Positions 19,960-29,983 of a stretch of 64,000 nt of DNA are shown here, piece after piece. Each line of letters starts with the position of its first letter. The first letter of the stretch is position 1. Both the position numbers and the translations under genes were made by a program. Below the pieces are notes generated by a model, which did not search any database, had not been told where the DNA came from, and saw only the letters and a list, made by a program, of their open reading frames with translations. The stretch is from Pirellulales bacterium (GTDB lineage: Bacteria > Planctomycetota > Planctomycetia > Pirellulales > JAICIG01): positions 17,829-81,828 of the forward strand of contig JBBDYJ010000039.1 of NCBI GenBank assembly GCA_040901675.1, read 5' to 3'.

Positions 19960-20490
19960 CTACGTGCCGAGAACCGCCGCGAATAGCTCGTCAAAGCTCC
20001 AGACGTGGCCGGCGAGCCCCGCCATCATGGCCGCCGAGGGCCGCTTCTGGCCTGACTTGCCCGGCTTCCGGGTTTGCCAGCAGTAGTTGTAATAGGGCGC
20101 GAACATCCCGAAGGCCGCTTCCAGGTTGGCCAGTTTCTTGGAGAAGCACAGCGTAAGCCGGTTGAGTCGCTTCAGGAAGACCCGCTGGGTTCCGTTGAGC
20201 CGCTCGACATGGCTGCTGCATATCGTCCGCTGCTGGCGGCCGGATATGCCGCGAATCCCGCGGCGCCGGGTTCCGACCATTTCGGACGGGGTGTAGATCA
20301 TGCGGGCGTTTCGGTATTCCTTGCGGATCGTCCCAAACCGCACGTATGGCCCGAAAGCCAGGTCAACGGCCTCGGGGTACGCCGCGAAGCAATCCGTGCT
20401 GATCTGGACGATGGGGCGGTATCCTTCGGCGCCGAAGGCGTGGGCGTCGATGCAGGTCCAAGGGTAAAGGTCACCCAGCTCGTGGGATTC
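19960..20490 (-). pseudogene. Truncated IS1-like DDE transposase remnant
   Basis: 'WTCIDA...QISTDCFAAYPEAVDLAFG...ICSSHVERLNGT...RLNRLTLCFSKKLANL...YYNYC'; N-terminal DNA-binding part missing and internal segment shortened. Confidence 0.7.
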
Positions 20491-20542
20491 ATGGCGTTTG
20501 AAGATACCTGGCAGTGGGACCAGCACCCGCTAAGCTGAACCC

Positions 20543-20671
20543 ATGGCCCGCCCCTTCCAATTTCGCCTGCGGACGATGTTCTGGCTGGTGCTGGTGGCTG
20601 CGGTCATCTGCGTCGCGGGGCTACCACTGGGCCGGATAATATTCTACCTCCTGTTCACTGCCTGGCGTTAA
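20543..20671 (+). CDS. 42-aa hydrophobic peptide with planctomycete 'FQFxLRT' leader
   Basis: MARPFQFRLRTMFWLVLVAAVICVAGLPLGRIIFYLLFTAWR*; below the ORF-track cutoff. Confidence 0.5.
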   Translation: MARPFQFRLRTMFWLVLVAAVICVAGLPLGRIIFYLLFTAWR

Positions 20672-20674
20672 GCC

Positions 20675-20905
20675 GTGCTCCTTGCCGACCAGCCCGACGA
20701 CCGCCAGGCCGAGAACCCGTACCGGGCGCCGCGGGAGTCTGGAAAGCAGCCGCGGGAGTCTGGAAAGCAGCAAGGGCCCTGGTTCTGGCTGCGGCTGAAG
20801 GATCGACTTTGGCTGCTTGCCGTTGGGCTCGCGGTGTGGCTGGCGCTCCTTTCAGCCGCTTGGGCAGCCGGTTGGGCAATGGATGTTCTAGCGAGGCTTT
20901 TCTAG
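20675..20905 (+). CDS. 76-aa membrane peptide with 'ENPYxAP' motif
   Basis: Starts 3 bp after the previous stop; contains a 21-bp tandem duplication (20728-20769, PRESGKQ x2) and a C-terminal TM. Confidence 0.5.
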   Translation: MLLADQPDDRQAENPYRAPRESGKQPRESGKQQGPWFWLRLKDRLWLLAVGLAVWLALLSAAWAAGWAMDVLARLF

Positions 20906-20959
20906 CCGACCCGCCAGCAACACACTCTTAGGACACTACCGGGAGCCGCCGCCGGAGTT

Positions 20960-21118
20960 GTAGCAGAACTCACCAGAGTTCTGGGGCACAGGCCGACGGC
21001 CCGAATTCTGGCGAATCCGGCTACGGAGGAAGTGGAGGCGCGGCCCGAATTCTGGCGAATCCGGCTACGAGATCGACGCACAGTTCGACGGCCCGAATTC
21101 GGGCGAAATCCGGCTACG
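20960..21118. repeat. Cluster of four GTAG-type REPs (GTAGCCGGATTCGCCAGAATTCGGG), family B
   Basis: One degenerate + copy (20960-20983) and three minus copies (20997-21025, 21041-21069, 21089-21118) separated by 13-19 bp. Confidence 0.8.
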
Positions 21119-21460
21119 AGAAAGCGAGAGGCAGGGGCCGGTTCTGCCGGTCGTTGGGTATTTGCCGGAGAAGTCGGCGGCGCGACGGTTTCCGCAGCGG
21201 CGACAAGCCGTTAGTTCCTTGCTTCGGCCCCGGGCAGCCTATAAGCTGGAAACGGTGGGCAGGGTACGAGAAACGACTTTGTGGCGAGCAACTGGAGCAT
21301 CCGGGTGCGCCGGGCCTGCCCGAGCACCCGGCCAGCGCCCACGAACCGTTTCGCGGCAGGCGGATCCGGAACCCGCCGGGCGCGAGAGCCGTCCACCGAC
21401 GTTTTCGAGAACTTCGGCATTTCTCCCTAGAGCGCGTTTCGCATTGCGAGGTGGACAAGG

Positions 21461-24400
21461 ATGAACATCGCCCTGGTTCGCAGGGGCTGGCCTGCCTTTC
21501 GGGCCCGCTGCCTCTTGGCGCCGCTGGTGCTGGCCTCGCTGGCCCTGCTCCCCTCGGGCCAGGCCGCGGCCGCGGAACAATACGAGCGGTTCCTCAGCGG
21601 GCTGCGGGAGCGGCGGCTGTACGACATGGCCCTGGAATACCTGGAGTCGATGCGGGCCAGCCCGCTGGTGACGGCCGAGCAGCGGCAGACCATGCCCTAC
21701 GAGGAAGGGCGGATCCTGGTCGAAAGCGCCCGTGAAGAGCGCGACTTGACGGCCCGCACCAAGCTGTTGGACCGGGCCCGCGACCGGTTCCAGGAGTTCA
21801 TCCGGGCCAACTCCGCGCATCCGTTGTCGGCCAGCGCCGAGGCCCAACTGGGGCAGGTGCTCGTCGAGCGCGCCCGGGGCCTGATATTCCAATCGCAGCG
21901 GCCGGTCAACGCGGCCCGCCAAGACGCAATGGTGAACCAGGCCCGCGAGCTGCTCACCGGGGCCCAGGCGGTGTTCACCGCGGCCGAGCAGAAGTTCGAA
22001 GCTCGGCTGAATCAATATCCCAAGTTCATCGACCCCAAGCAGGCCCAGCAGATCGAGGAGCGCGAACAGGCGCGGATGGATCTGATCCAGGCCCGACTGC
22101 TGGCCGGCGGCGTGGTGTACGAAATCGCCAAGACCCAGCCCGCCGGCTCGGAGGAAGCCAAGAAGCAACTGCAGGCGGCCGCCGACAAGTTCGGCAGCAT
22201 TTATGAGAAGTACCGTAACCGCCTGGCCGGACTGCTGGCGCGGGTGAAACAGGGGCAGTGTTACCAGGACATGGGCGACACGAAGCGGGCGTTGGGTTTC
22301 TATAGCGAGATCCTCAGCCAGCCCGAAGAGCTCGACGAGTTCCGCAAGCTGAAGGCGACCGCGCTGCACCTCACGCTGCAATGTTTGACCAGCGACCAGG
22401 AGAAGAAGCACGAAGAAGCGATCGCCCGCGGAAAGGAGTGGCTCGCCGGCGCCCGCGGCGCCGAAGAGCGCTACCCCGACTGGCTGGCCGTGCGCTACTA
22501 CCTGGCCCTGGCGCACAAGTCGCACGCCGACGCGCTCGATCCCAAGGAAACGGCCAAACGCAAGTCTTCGCTGGCCGAGGCCCGCAAGCACGCCAATTTT
22601 GTCGGCAAGCATGGGGGCGAGTACCGCGATGCCGCCCGCAAGCTGTTCCAGCAGTTGGCCGGCCTCGACGACGAGGCAGTGCAGGAGCCGGCCACGTTTG
22701 CCGACGCCCGCGACCGCGGGCAGGAGGCGCTCGACGTGTCGCAGGCATTGCTGGCCAAGATACGCATGGCACCGGCCGTCAACGACCAGGCTTCGGTCCC
22801 GGTCTACGAGCAGCAAATGCACCAGGCCCGCGAGCGGGCCGAGAACCTGTTGCGGCTGGCCCTGGAGCTGCGCGACGAAACGACGCCGATCGAAGACGTC
22901 AACCTGGTCCGCTATTACCTGGCGTTTCTGGCGTACCACTCGGGCGACTTTTACGACGCGGCCGTGCTGGGCGGGTTCGTGGCGACCAAGTATCCCAGCG
23001 GGCCGGCGGCCCGGCAGGCGGCCAAGATCGCCATGGCCTCGTATGCCGAGTCGTATCGCACGTCACCCGCCGACCAGCGCGACTTCGACCGAGAGCAGAT
23101 GGTCGAGATCGCCGAGTTCATCACCCGCCGTTGGCCCAGCGAGGTCGAGGCGGACGAAGCCTGGACGCTGTTGATGTCGATCGCGGTCAACGAGCACCAG
23201 TTGGACAGGGCCTTGGAGTACCTGGGCCATATCGCGGCCGACTCGCCCCGCCGCGGCGAGGCGGAGCTTAAGGCCGGGCAGGCCTTGTGGGGTGCTTACC
23301 TGGAGGCGGCCCGCCAGGAAGCCGAAGCCCGGGCCCCGCAGGCTGAGATCGACCAGATCAAGTCGCGGGCCCGCGAGACGCTGGCCGGCGGCATCCAGCG
23401 GATGCGGGCCGCGGTCGATTCGGGCCAGGGCCAGGTGGATGCGACGCTGGCGGCGGCCATGCTGTCGCTGGGGCAGATCGAGGTCGACTCGGGCCAGCCG
23501 GAAAAAGCGCTCGAGTTGCTGAACGATCCGAAGGTCGGACCGATGACGCTGCTGGTGAACAAGAGCCCGGCGGTGGCCGAAGGCAACTTCGCCGTGGAAA
23601 CGTACAAGCTGGCGCTGCGGGCCTACGTGGCGACCGAGGCCTTGGACAAGGCCGAAGCGACGATGAACGAGCTGGAGTCGGCCGTGGGCGCCACGGGCGA
23701 CACGAGCGCGGCGAGCCTTTTGACCCGCACGTACATCAGGCTCGGCCAGGAGCTGGAGCAGCAAGTGAGCCGGCTGCGGCAGGAGAACAAGGCCGAGGAG
23801 CTGGCCAAGGTCACGAAAGGATTCGAGTTGTTCCTGGAGCGGATTTCGAGCCGCGAGACGGGCAACACGTTCCGCTCGCTGAATTGGGTGGCCGAGACGT
23901 TCTTCAGCCTGGGCAGCGGCTACGACGCGGGCGGACAGCAGGTGTCGGACGAGGCGAAGGCCTATTACGAGAAGGCCTACCACACCGACGAGAAGATCCT
24001 GTCCGCGGCCGAGGCGGACAGCCGGTTCGCCCCGGGCGACGCCTTGTTGGCGGTGCGGCTGCGGATGGCCCGGACCCAGCGGCGCCTGGGCGAGTTTTTG
24101 AAGGCGGTGAACCTGCTGGTTTCGGTGCTGGAGGAAAAGCCGCAATTGATCGACGCCCAGCGCGAGGCGGCCCGCACCTACCAGGAATGGGGCCGCAAGA
24201 AGGCCGGCTACTACGGGCTGGCCATCGCCGGCGCCCGCAAAGTGAAGGGCGCCGCGGGCAGGGAAGAGAACGTCATCTGGGGCTGGAACCGGCTGGCGAT
24301 CATGGTGCAGCGCGACAAGCGCTTCAGCGACGTGTTCCACGAGGCCCGCTACAACCTGGCGCAAAGCCGTTTTGACCTGGCGATGGCGGCGGACGGGTCG

Positions 24401-24646
24401 AACAAGATCGAAGGGTTGAGAAGGGCCGAGTTCGACATCCTGCTCACTTCCCGCCTGCGTCCCGACATGGGAGGCGACGAGTGGCGCAAGAAGTACGACG
24501 CGCTGCTGCGGACGATTCAGCAGGCCCAGGGGCAAAGGCCAACGGGACTGCCGGCCGAGCGAGTGCAGTCGCGGCAGCCGCCCGACACGCAAGGGGAAAC
24601 CAGGCCGGCCGGCCCGCAGGTGACTTCCAGGCCGACCGTCAAGTAA
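21461..24646 (+). CDS. Large secreted TPR-like helical-repeat protein
   Basis: Signal peptide 'GQAAAAE', many TPR-like helices ('EARYNLAQSRF'); heads the ExbB/ExbD cluster. Confidence 0.8.
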   Translation: MNIALVRRGWPAFRARCLLAPLVLASLALLPSGQAAAAEQYERFLSGLRERRLYDMALEYLESMRASPLVTAEQRQTMPYEEGRILVESAREERDLTARTKLLDRARDRFQEFIRANSAHPLSASAEAQLGQVLVERARGLIFQSQRPVNAARQDAMVNQARELLTGAQAVFTAAEQKFEARLNQYPKFIDPKQAQQIEEREQARMDLIQARLLAGGVVYEIAKTQPAGSEEAKKQLQAAADKFGSIYEKYRNRLAGLLARVKQGQCYQDMGDTKRALGFYSEILSQPEELDEFRKLKATALHLTLQCLTSDQEKKHEEAIARGKEWLAGARGAEERYPDWLAVRYYLALAHKSHADALDPKETAKRKSSLAEARKHANFVGKHGGEYRDAARKLFQQLAGLDDEAVQEPATFADARDRGQEALDVSQALLAKIRMAPAVNDQASVPVYEQQMHQARERAENLLRLALELRDETTPIEDVNLVRYYLAFLAYHSGDFYDAAVLGGFVATKYPSGPAARQAAKIAMASYAESYRTSPADQRDFDREQMVEIAEFITRRWPSEVEADEAWTLLMSIAVNEHQLDRALEYLGHIAADSPRRGEAELKAGQALWGAYLEAARQEAEARAPQAEIDQIKSRARETLAGGIQRMRAAVDSGQGQVDATLAAAMLSLGQIEVDSGQPEKALELLNDPKVGPMTLLVNKSPAVAEGNFAVETYKLALRAYVATEALDKAEATMNELESAVGATGDTSAASLLTRTYIRLGQELEQQVSRLRQENKAEELAKVTKGFELFLERISSRETGNTFRSLNWVAETFFSLGSGYDAGGQQVSDEAKAYYEKAYHTDEKILSAAEADSRFAPGDALLAVRLRMARTQRRLGEFLKAVNLLVSVLEEKPQLIDAQREAARTYQEWGRKKAGYYGLAIAGARKVKGAAGREENVIWGWNRLAIMVQRDKRFSDVFHEARYNLAQSRFDLAMAADGSNKIEGLRRAEFDILLTSRLRPDMGGDEWRKKYDALLRTIQQAQGQRPTGLPAERVQSRQPPDTQGETRPAGPQVTSRPTVK

Positions 24647-24672
24647 GTCGCAAGCAAATCGAGGAGCGTGCA

Positions 24673-25692
24673 ATGAGAAACGTGGTGTCGGTGGCGGCCC
24701 TGGGGCTTTGGCTGGCGGTTGGCGGCGGCGCGTCGGCGCAGGACGCGATCAAGAAGGTCGGCGGCGAAACGCTGCGAGGCACGGTCAAGGGGATGACCCG
24801 CACCGAGGTCACGCTCGACGACAAGCAGGTGCCGGTCGTCCAGATCGAATCGATCCGGTTCGACAAGGAGCCCCCCCAGCTCAACGCGATTCGCAACCAG
24901 GTCGCCAACGGCGGATACGACAATGCGCTTCGGTCGCTGGAGAAGATCGACGCCGGCAAGGTCGAGCGGGCGGAAGTGAAGCAGGAGATCGAGTTTTACC
25001 GGGCGCTGGCCAACGCCCGGCTGGCGCTGGGAGGCGGCGCCGACGTCAACGAGGCGGGCAAGCAGATGCTGGCCTTTGTCCGCGATCACTCGGACAATTT
25101 CCACGTGCTGGTGGCCAACGAGGTGTTGGGCGACCTGCTGGTGGCGGCACGCAAATTCGAGTTGGCCACCCAGTACTACGCCGCCATGGGCGAGGCGCCG
25201 TTTCCCGAGTACAAGATGCGAGCCGGCGTGGCGACCGGCCGGGCCCTGGTGGCCCAGAACAAGCTGACCGAGGCCGCCGCCCAGTTCGACCTGGTGCTGG
25301 CCCTGGAGGCCGCCGGGCCGGTGGCCGACGCACAGCGGCAGGCGGCCACGCTGGGCAAGGCGACCTGCCTGGCCGAGCAAGGGCAGGCCGACGAGGCGAT
25401 CAAGCTGGTGGAGGCGATCATCGCCGCCCTGCCGGCCGAGGACGCCGAGCTGCACGCGCGGGCCTACGTGACGTTGGGCAACTGCTACCGCAAGAAGCCG
25501 GGCGCCACGAAGCAGGCGCTCTTGGCCTTCCTGCACGTGGACGTTTTGTATTTCGCCAACCCGCAGGCCCATGCCGAGGCGCTGTGGAACCTGGCCGTGT
25601 TGTGGAACGAGGTCGGCAAACCGGAGCGGGCGGTCGAGGCGACGCAATTGCTGAGGGATCGATACGCCAACAGCCAGTGGGCGGCACGCTAG
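24673..25692 (+). CDS. Secreted TPR protein
   Basis: GAGGAG RBS, signal peptide 'ASAQD', 'ALLAFLHVDVLY...HAEALWNLA...RYANSQWA'. Confidence 0.8.
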   Translation: MRNVVSVAALGLWLAVGGGASAQDAIKKVGGETLRGTVKGMTRTEVTLDDKQVPVVQIESIRFDKEPPQLNAIRNQVANGGYDNALRSLEKIDAGKVERAEVKQEIEFYRALANARLALGGGADVNEAGKQMLAFVRDHSDNFHVLVANEVLGDLLVAARKFELATQYYAAMGEAPFPEYKMRAGVATGRALVAQNKLTEAAAQFDLVLALEAAGPVADAQRQAATLGKATCLAEQGQADEAIKLVEAIIAALPAEDAELHARAYVTLGNCYRKKPGATKQALLAFLHVDVLYFANPQAHAEALWNLAVLWNEVGKPERAVEATQLLRDRYANSQWAAR

Positions 25693-25853
25693 CTTTTACC
25701 AGGCAAGTGCTTCAGCAGGCGGGTCGCTTTACCAGGCAACGAGCGGCGCTTAAACTGCATTTCCAAGACTTCCAAGAAACACCGGCGGCACTTCACCGGC
25801 TCGACTTGCGAGCAAGCAATCACATCTTCTCGTCGTCAAAACTGGAGGCGACC

Positions 25854-26726
25854 ATGCGTGTTCGTTTTGCGTTGGCATGGCTGGGAACGGGGATCTGCGG
25901 GCTGACCTTGGTGGTCATGGCCATCGCGGGAATCGCGCGCGTGTCGCCGGACGGAGCGAGGCTCGCCATGGCCCAGGAAGACGATCCCGAGTTGCCGGGC
26001 GCCGATGGCCAGGCGGCGGACGATGCCGGGGCCGCCGCGCCGGGGGCTGGCCAGGGCGCCGCCAAGGCACCCGCGGCCAAGGCCGACAGCCAGACGCAGA
26101 GCATGCTTGGCTTCTACTTCGACGCGTTGGGCGCCAAGTACGTGATCATCTTCCTGGCGTTGTCGTTCACGTTGGTGGCGCTGGTGGTGATGAACATCCT
26201 GACGCTGCGGCGGTCGAGCATCGTGCCCTTGGACCTCGTCGAAGGGTTCGAAGCGCACCTGAACGAGAAGCGCTACCAGGAAGCGTACGACCTGGCCAAG
26301 AGCGACGACTCGTTTCTGGGACACGTGCTGTCGGCCGGACTGGGCAAGCTCTCGGCCGGCTATCCCCAGGCGATCGAGGCGATGCAGGAAGTGGGCGAAG
26401 AAGAGACGATGAAGCTGGAGCACCGCCTGGGGTACATCGCCCTGATCGGCACGATCTGCCCGATGGTCGGCCTGTTGGGAACCGTGGACGGCATGGTGGA
26501 TGCCTTTCGGGAAATCGCCACCCAAGGCACGCAACCCAAACCTTCCGAGCTAGCCAAGGCTATATCGAAGGCCTTGATTACCACGCTGGTGGGATTGTGG
26601 CTGGCGATCCCGGCCATCGCCATCTTTGGCATCATGCGCAACCGGATGGCCCGGCTCACGCTGGAGGTGGGGATCCTGAGCGAGGGGCTGATGAGCCGCT
26701 TCTCCAACGTCGGCAAAAAGGGGTAA
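25854..26726 (+). CDS. exbB: MotA/TolQ/ExbB proton channel family protein
   Basis: GGAGG RBS; 'IGTICPMVGLLGTVDGMV...ISKALITTLVGLWLAIPA'. Confidence 0.85.
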   Translation: MRVRFALAWLGTGICGLTLVVMAIAGIARVSPDGARLAMAQEDDPELPGADGQAADDAGAAAPGAGQGAAKAPAAKADSQTQSMLGFYFDALGAKYVIIFLALSFTLVALVVMNILTLRRSSIVPLDLVEGFEAHLNEKRYQEAYDLAKSDDSFLGHVLSAGLGKLSAGYPQAIEAMQEVGEEETMKLEHRLGYIALIGTICPMVGLLGTVDGMVDAFREIATQGTQPKPSELAKAISKALITTLVGLWLAIPAIAIFGIMRNRMARLTLEVGILSEGLMSRFSNVGKKG

Positions 26727-26733
26727 GCCGGCC

Positions 26734-27180
26734 ATGGGCGTCCGACGCAAAAAGCTGAACGTCTCGGCCGAGGCCGACATGACGCCGATGATCGACATGA
26801 CGTTCCAGTTGATCGCCTTTTTCATGGTGCTGTTGAACTTTGCCGAGGGGGAGCAGGATGAGCGGATCAAGCTCCCCTCCAGCGAGCTGGCCAAGCCGCC
26901 CGAAGCCGCCTTGGAATCGCCGCTGACGCTCCAGCTCACCGAGGAGGGCAGCGTGCTGTTTGGAGGCAACATGCTGCCGATCGCGGCCTTGTCGGAACCG
27001 CTGCGGCACGAGGCGGCCGTGCTCGAGCGGCAGAACAAGAACGTGGCGGACGCCTCGGTGATCATCCGGGCCGACGCCTCGGCGAAGACGGGGGTGGTGC
27101 AGCAGTTGATTCAGAAGTGCCAGGAACACGGTTTCGAGAAGTTCCTGCTGCGCGCCAAGCAGGAAGCGAGGGGCCCCTGA
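26734..27180 (+). CDS. exbD: Biopolymer transporter ExbD/TolR
   Basis: 'DMTPMIDMTFQLIAFFMV...VIIRAD'. Confidence 0.9.
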   Translation: MGVRRKKLNVSAEADMTPMIDMTFQLIAFFMVLLNFAEGEQDERIKLPSSELAKPPEAALESPLTLQLTEEGSVLFGGNMLPIAALSEPLRHEAAVLERQNKNVADASVIIRADASAKTGVVQQLIQKCQEHGFEKFLLRAKQEARGP

Positions 27181-27669
27181 ATGAGAATCCGCAAATCAGC
27201 CGCCCACAAGGTGGACAAGGTCGAGATGCAGATGACGCCGATGATCGACATCGTGTTTCAAATGCTGGCCTTCTTCCTGATGACGTTCAAGATCACGACG
27301 CTGGAAGGCGACTTCAACATCAAGATGCCGGCGCAAGCGCCCAGCGCGGGGCCGGTCGAGTTTCCGCCGCTTCGCGTGCAATTAGTGGCCGATGCCCAAG
27401 GGAACCTGGCCGCCATCCGCCTGGGCGACAGGCCCCTGACGGGCTTCGACGCGCTGCACCGGGAGATCCTGGGCCTGGTCGGCAGCGCGACGGGACCCAA
27501 CCCACTGGCCGACCAGCTCGAAGTGGAGTTGGACGCCGACTACAACCTGCGCTATGTGAACACGGTCGACGCGATCACGGCCATCTCCGGCTACGTGAAC
27601 AAGGACGGTCACGTGGTCAAGCTGATCGAGAAGCTCAGGTTCACGCCGCCTGAACCGCCGCCGGAGTGA
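27181..27669 (+). CDS. exbD: Biopolymer transporter ExbD/TolR (second copy)
   Basis: 'QMTPMIDIVFQMLAFFLMTF'. Confidence 0.85.
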   Translation: MRIRKSAAHKVDKVEMQMTPMIDIVFQMLAFFLMTFKITTLEGDFNIKMPAQAPSAGPVEFPPLRVQLVADAQGNLAAIRLGDRPLTGFDALHREILGLVGSATGPNPLADQLEVELDADYNLRYVNTVDAITAISGYVNKDGHVVKLIEKLRFTPPEPPPE

Positions 27670-27672
27670 GTT

Positions 27673-28620
27673 TCAGCCGCGGGGGTGAAAGCGGCGGTGG
27701 ACGGCCTTCAGCCGCGACGAGTCGACGTGCGTGTAAATCTGCGTGGTGGTGATGCTGGCGTGGCCCAGCATCTCCTGCACTTGGCGCAGGTCGGCGCCGC
27801 CCGCCAACAGGTGCGTGGCGAAACTGTGTCGCAGCGTGTGCGGGCTGACGCGGTCCGAGGCGCCGGCCCGCAGCGCGAAATGCTTGACCAGCTCCCAGAT
27901 CCGCTCGCGGCGCAGCCGCCGGCCGCGGCGCGACAGCAACAGCCAGCCCGGCGGAGCGGACGCGCGGGCCGCCAGGGCCGGACGCTCGTGCTCCAGATAA
28001 GCCCGGACGGCCTGGGCGGCCCGCTTGCCCAGCGGCACCAGGCGCTGCTTGTCGCCCTTGCCGCGGCAGAGGCAGTACGACTCGTCGAGGTGCACGTCGC
28101 GCGTGGCCAGGTGCGACAGCTCCGAGGCGCGGCAGCCGGTCGCATAGAGCAGCTCGAGCAGGGCCCGGTCGCGCCGCCAGAAGGGCTCGCCCGGCCTGGG
28201 GATTGCCAGCAGCCGGTCGACGACCTGCGGCGACAGCACTTCGGGCACCCGCTGCCAGAGCTTCTGGCTGCCCAACAGCTCGACCAGGTTCTCGGTCAGG
28301 ATGCCTTCTAACTGCAGATAGCGAAAGAAGAGCTTGAGCGAGACCAGGTGCCGCCCCAGGCTGGCGGGGGCAAGGCTCTGCTTGTGCAGCCAGCCGGCGT
28401 ACTCGGCCAGGTGGCGAATAGTGAGCGAGGCGATCGAGCGGTTGCCGAGCCAGGCATGAAAGCGGCGCAGGTCGCGGCGGTAGGCCAACACGGTGTTCTC
28501 GGCCAGGTGACATTCGCTGGCCAGGTAGCCGACGAAAGCCTCCGACCAGCGATGCTCCGCCCGCGCGGCGGCCGGCGGCGCCGCTTTGGTCCGGCCCGGC
28601 TTGGATGGCGGCTTGCCCAT
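27673..28620 (-). CDS. xerD: Site-specific tyrosine recombinase XerD
   Basis: 'RDRALLELLYATGCRASEL', 'GKGDKQRLVP', 'SPHTLRHSFATHLL...LGHASITTTQIYTH...HPRG'. Confidence 0.9.
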   Translation of the reverse strand: MGKPPSKPGRTKAAPPAAARAEHRWSEAFVGYLASECHLAENTVLAYRRDLRRFHAWLGNRSIASLTIRHLAEYAGWLHKQSLAPASLGRHLVSLKLFFRYLQLEGILTENLVELLGSQKLWQRVPEVLSPQVVDRLLAIPRPGEPFWRRDRALLELLYATGCRASELSHLATRDVHLDESYCLCRGKGDKQRLVPLGKRAAQAVRAYLEHERPALAARASAPPGWLLLSRRGRRLRRERIWELVKHFALRAGASDRVSPHTLRHSFATHLLAGGADLRQVQEMLGHASITTTQIYTHVDSSRLKAVHRRFHPRG

Positions 28621-28788
28621 GCTCTCTACGTTCGGTCCGCCGCTCGCGGGCAGTTCATAGTTTCGCCCCCCGGCCGTCCGGAGCTGCACGACCCGAATGC
28701 GTTCGGGCGGCATGCTACAATCGAGCAGGCTGCCGCGCGGCAAGAGTTAACGTTGGTAGCGAACATTCCGGGAAGGAAGATCTGGCAC

Positions 28789-29772
28789 GTGAACATTCTG
28801 GTGACGGGAGGGGCGGGCTATGTGGGCAGTCATGCGGCGCGGCTGCTGGACCGCGCCGGACACCAGGTGTGGATCTACGATAACCTCTCGGTGGGCCATC
28901 GCTCGGCGGCTCTGCCCGGAAAGCTGATCGAAGGCCACCTGGCCGACCGGGACCGCCTCGAGCACGTGCTCCGCGAGCAGGCAATCGAAGCGGTGATGCA
29001 CTTCGCGGCCTTTGCCCTGGTCGGCGAGTCGGTGACCGACCCAGCCCGGTACTACCAGAACAACGTGGTTTCGAGCCTGTCGCTATTGGAGGCGATGCGG
29101 GCGGCCGGCGTGACGAGCATCGTGTTCTCGAGCACCACGGCCACCTACGGAGCGCCGGAGCGGATTCCGATCACGGAGGACGAGCCGCAGCGGCCGATCA
29201 ATCCCTACGGGTTCTCGAAGCTGGTGGTCGAACGGGCGCTGGCCGATTACGCCCGCGCCTACGGCTTCGGTTACGCGGCCCTGCGTTACTTCAACGCCGC
29301 CGGCGCCAGCCCCGACGGCGACCTGGGAGAAGACCACACGCCCGAATCGCATCTGATTCCCATCGTGCTGCAGGCGGCGCTGGGATTGCGCGACGGGGTA
29401 ACCGTTTTTGGCGACGACTATCCCACGCCCGATGGCACGTGCATCCGCGACTACATTCACGTCGACGACCTGGGCGACGCGCACGTGAAGGCTCTGGCGC
29501 GGCTGGCGCCGGGCAAGGGATTGGAGTTGAACTTGGGCACTGGGCGCGGCCACAGCGTGCGGGAGGTGATCGAATCGTGCCGCCGCGTTTCGGGCCGCGA
29601 GATCCCCGTTTCGATCGGCGCGCGGCGGCCCGGCGATCCGCCGGAGCTGGTGGCCGACTCCAGCCGTGCCCAGCGGCAATTGGAGTGGCAGCCGCGCTAT
29701 CAAACGCTCGACTCGATTGTCGAGACCGCCTGGCGCTGGCATTCGACGCATCCTCACGGGTACGGGGACTAG
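28789..29772 (+). CDS. galE: UDP-glucose 4-epimerase
   Basis: 'ILVTGGAGYVGSH', 'YGFSK', 'LRYFNAAGA', 'DGTCIRDYIHV'. Confidence 0.95.
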   Translation: MNILVTGGAGYVGSHAARLLDRAGHQVWIYDNLSVGHRSAALPGKLIEGHLADRDRLEHVLREQAIEAVMHFAAFALVGESVTDPARYYQNNVVSSLSLLEAMRAAGVTSIVFSSTTATYGAPERIPITEDEPQRPINPYGFSKLVVERALADYARAYGFGYAALRYFNAAGASPDGDLGEDHTPESHLIPIVLQAALGLRDGVTVFGDDYPTPDGTCIRDYIHVDDLGDAHVKALARLAPGKGLELNLGTGRGHSVREVIESCRRVSGREIPVSIGARRPGDPPELVADSSRAQRQLEWQPRYQTLDSIVETAWRWHSTHPHGYGD

Positions 29773-29913
29773 AAGGCAGAAGGAGGAAGGCAGAAGGAGG
29801 AAGGAGGAAGGAGGAAGGAGGAAGGAGACGCGCAAGCGCAGGTTCCAGGGTATAGACCCCGTCGTCTTCGTTCTCCTTGTCACCTTGTCACCTTGTCTCC
29901 TTGTCTCCTTGTC
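29772..29913. repeat. Short tandem repeats (GAAGGAG/GAAGGCA heptamers and CCTTGTCW octamers)
   Basis: Directly visible; similar tracts at ~18045-18080, ~35366-35396, ~44080-44150, ~49564-49586 and ~62396-62430. Confidence 0.8.
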
Positions 29914-29983
29914 GTGCCTCCGCCTTGTCGTCTTGTCGCAGCGGGCAGTGGCGTGGGCCTGACGCTCGCGATACACTCGGTCC

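Noticed and set aside
20960..21118. Possible mini CRISPR array
   Set aside because: Spacers only 13-19 bp, one copy inverted, GTAG-hairpin structure typical of REPs, no cas genes.
24708..25853. Long N-terminal extension of ExbB given by the 672-aa ORF
   Set aside because: Overlaps the TPR gene in another frame; a GGAGG RBS and signal-like leader support the start at 25854.
27673..28620. Integrase of a genomic island or prophage
   Set aside because: Length and motifs fit chromosomal XerD; neighbours are housekeeping-type genes and I found no att repeats.
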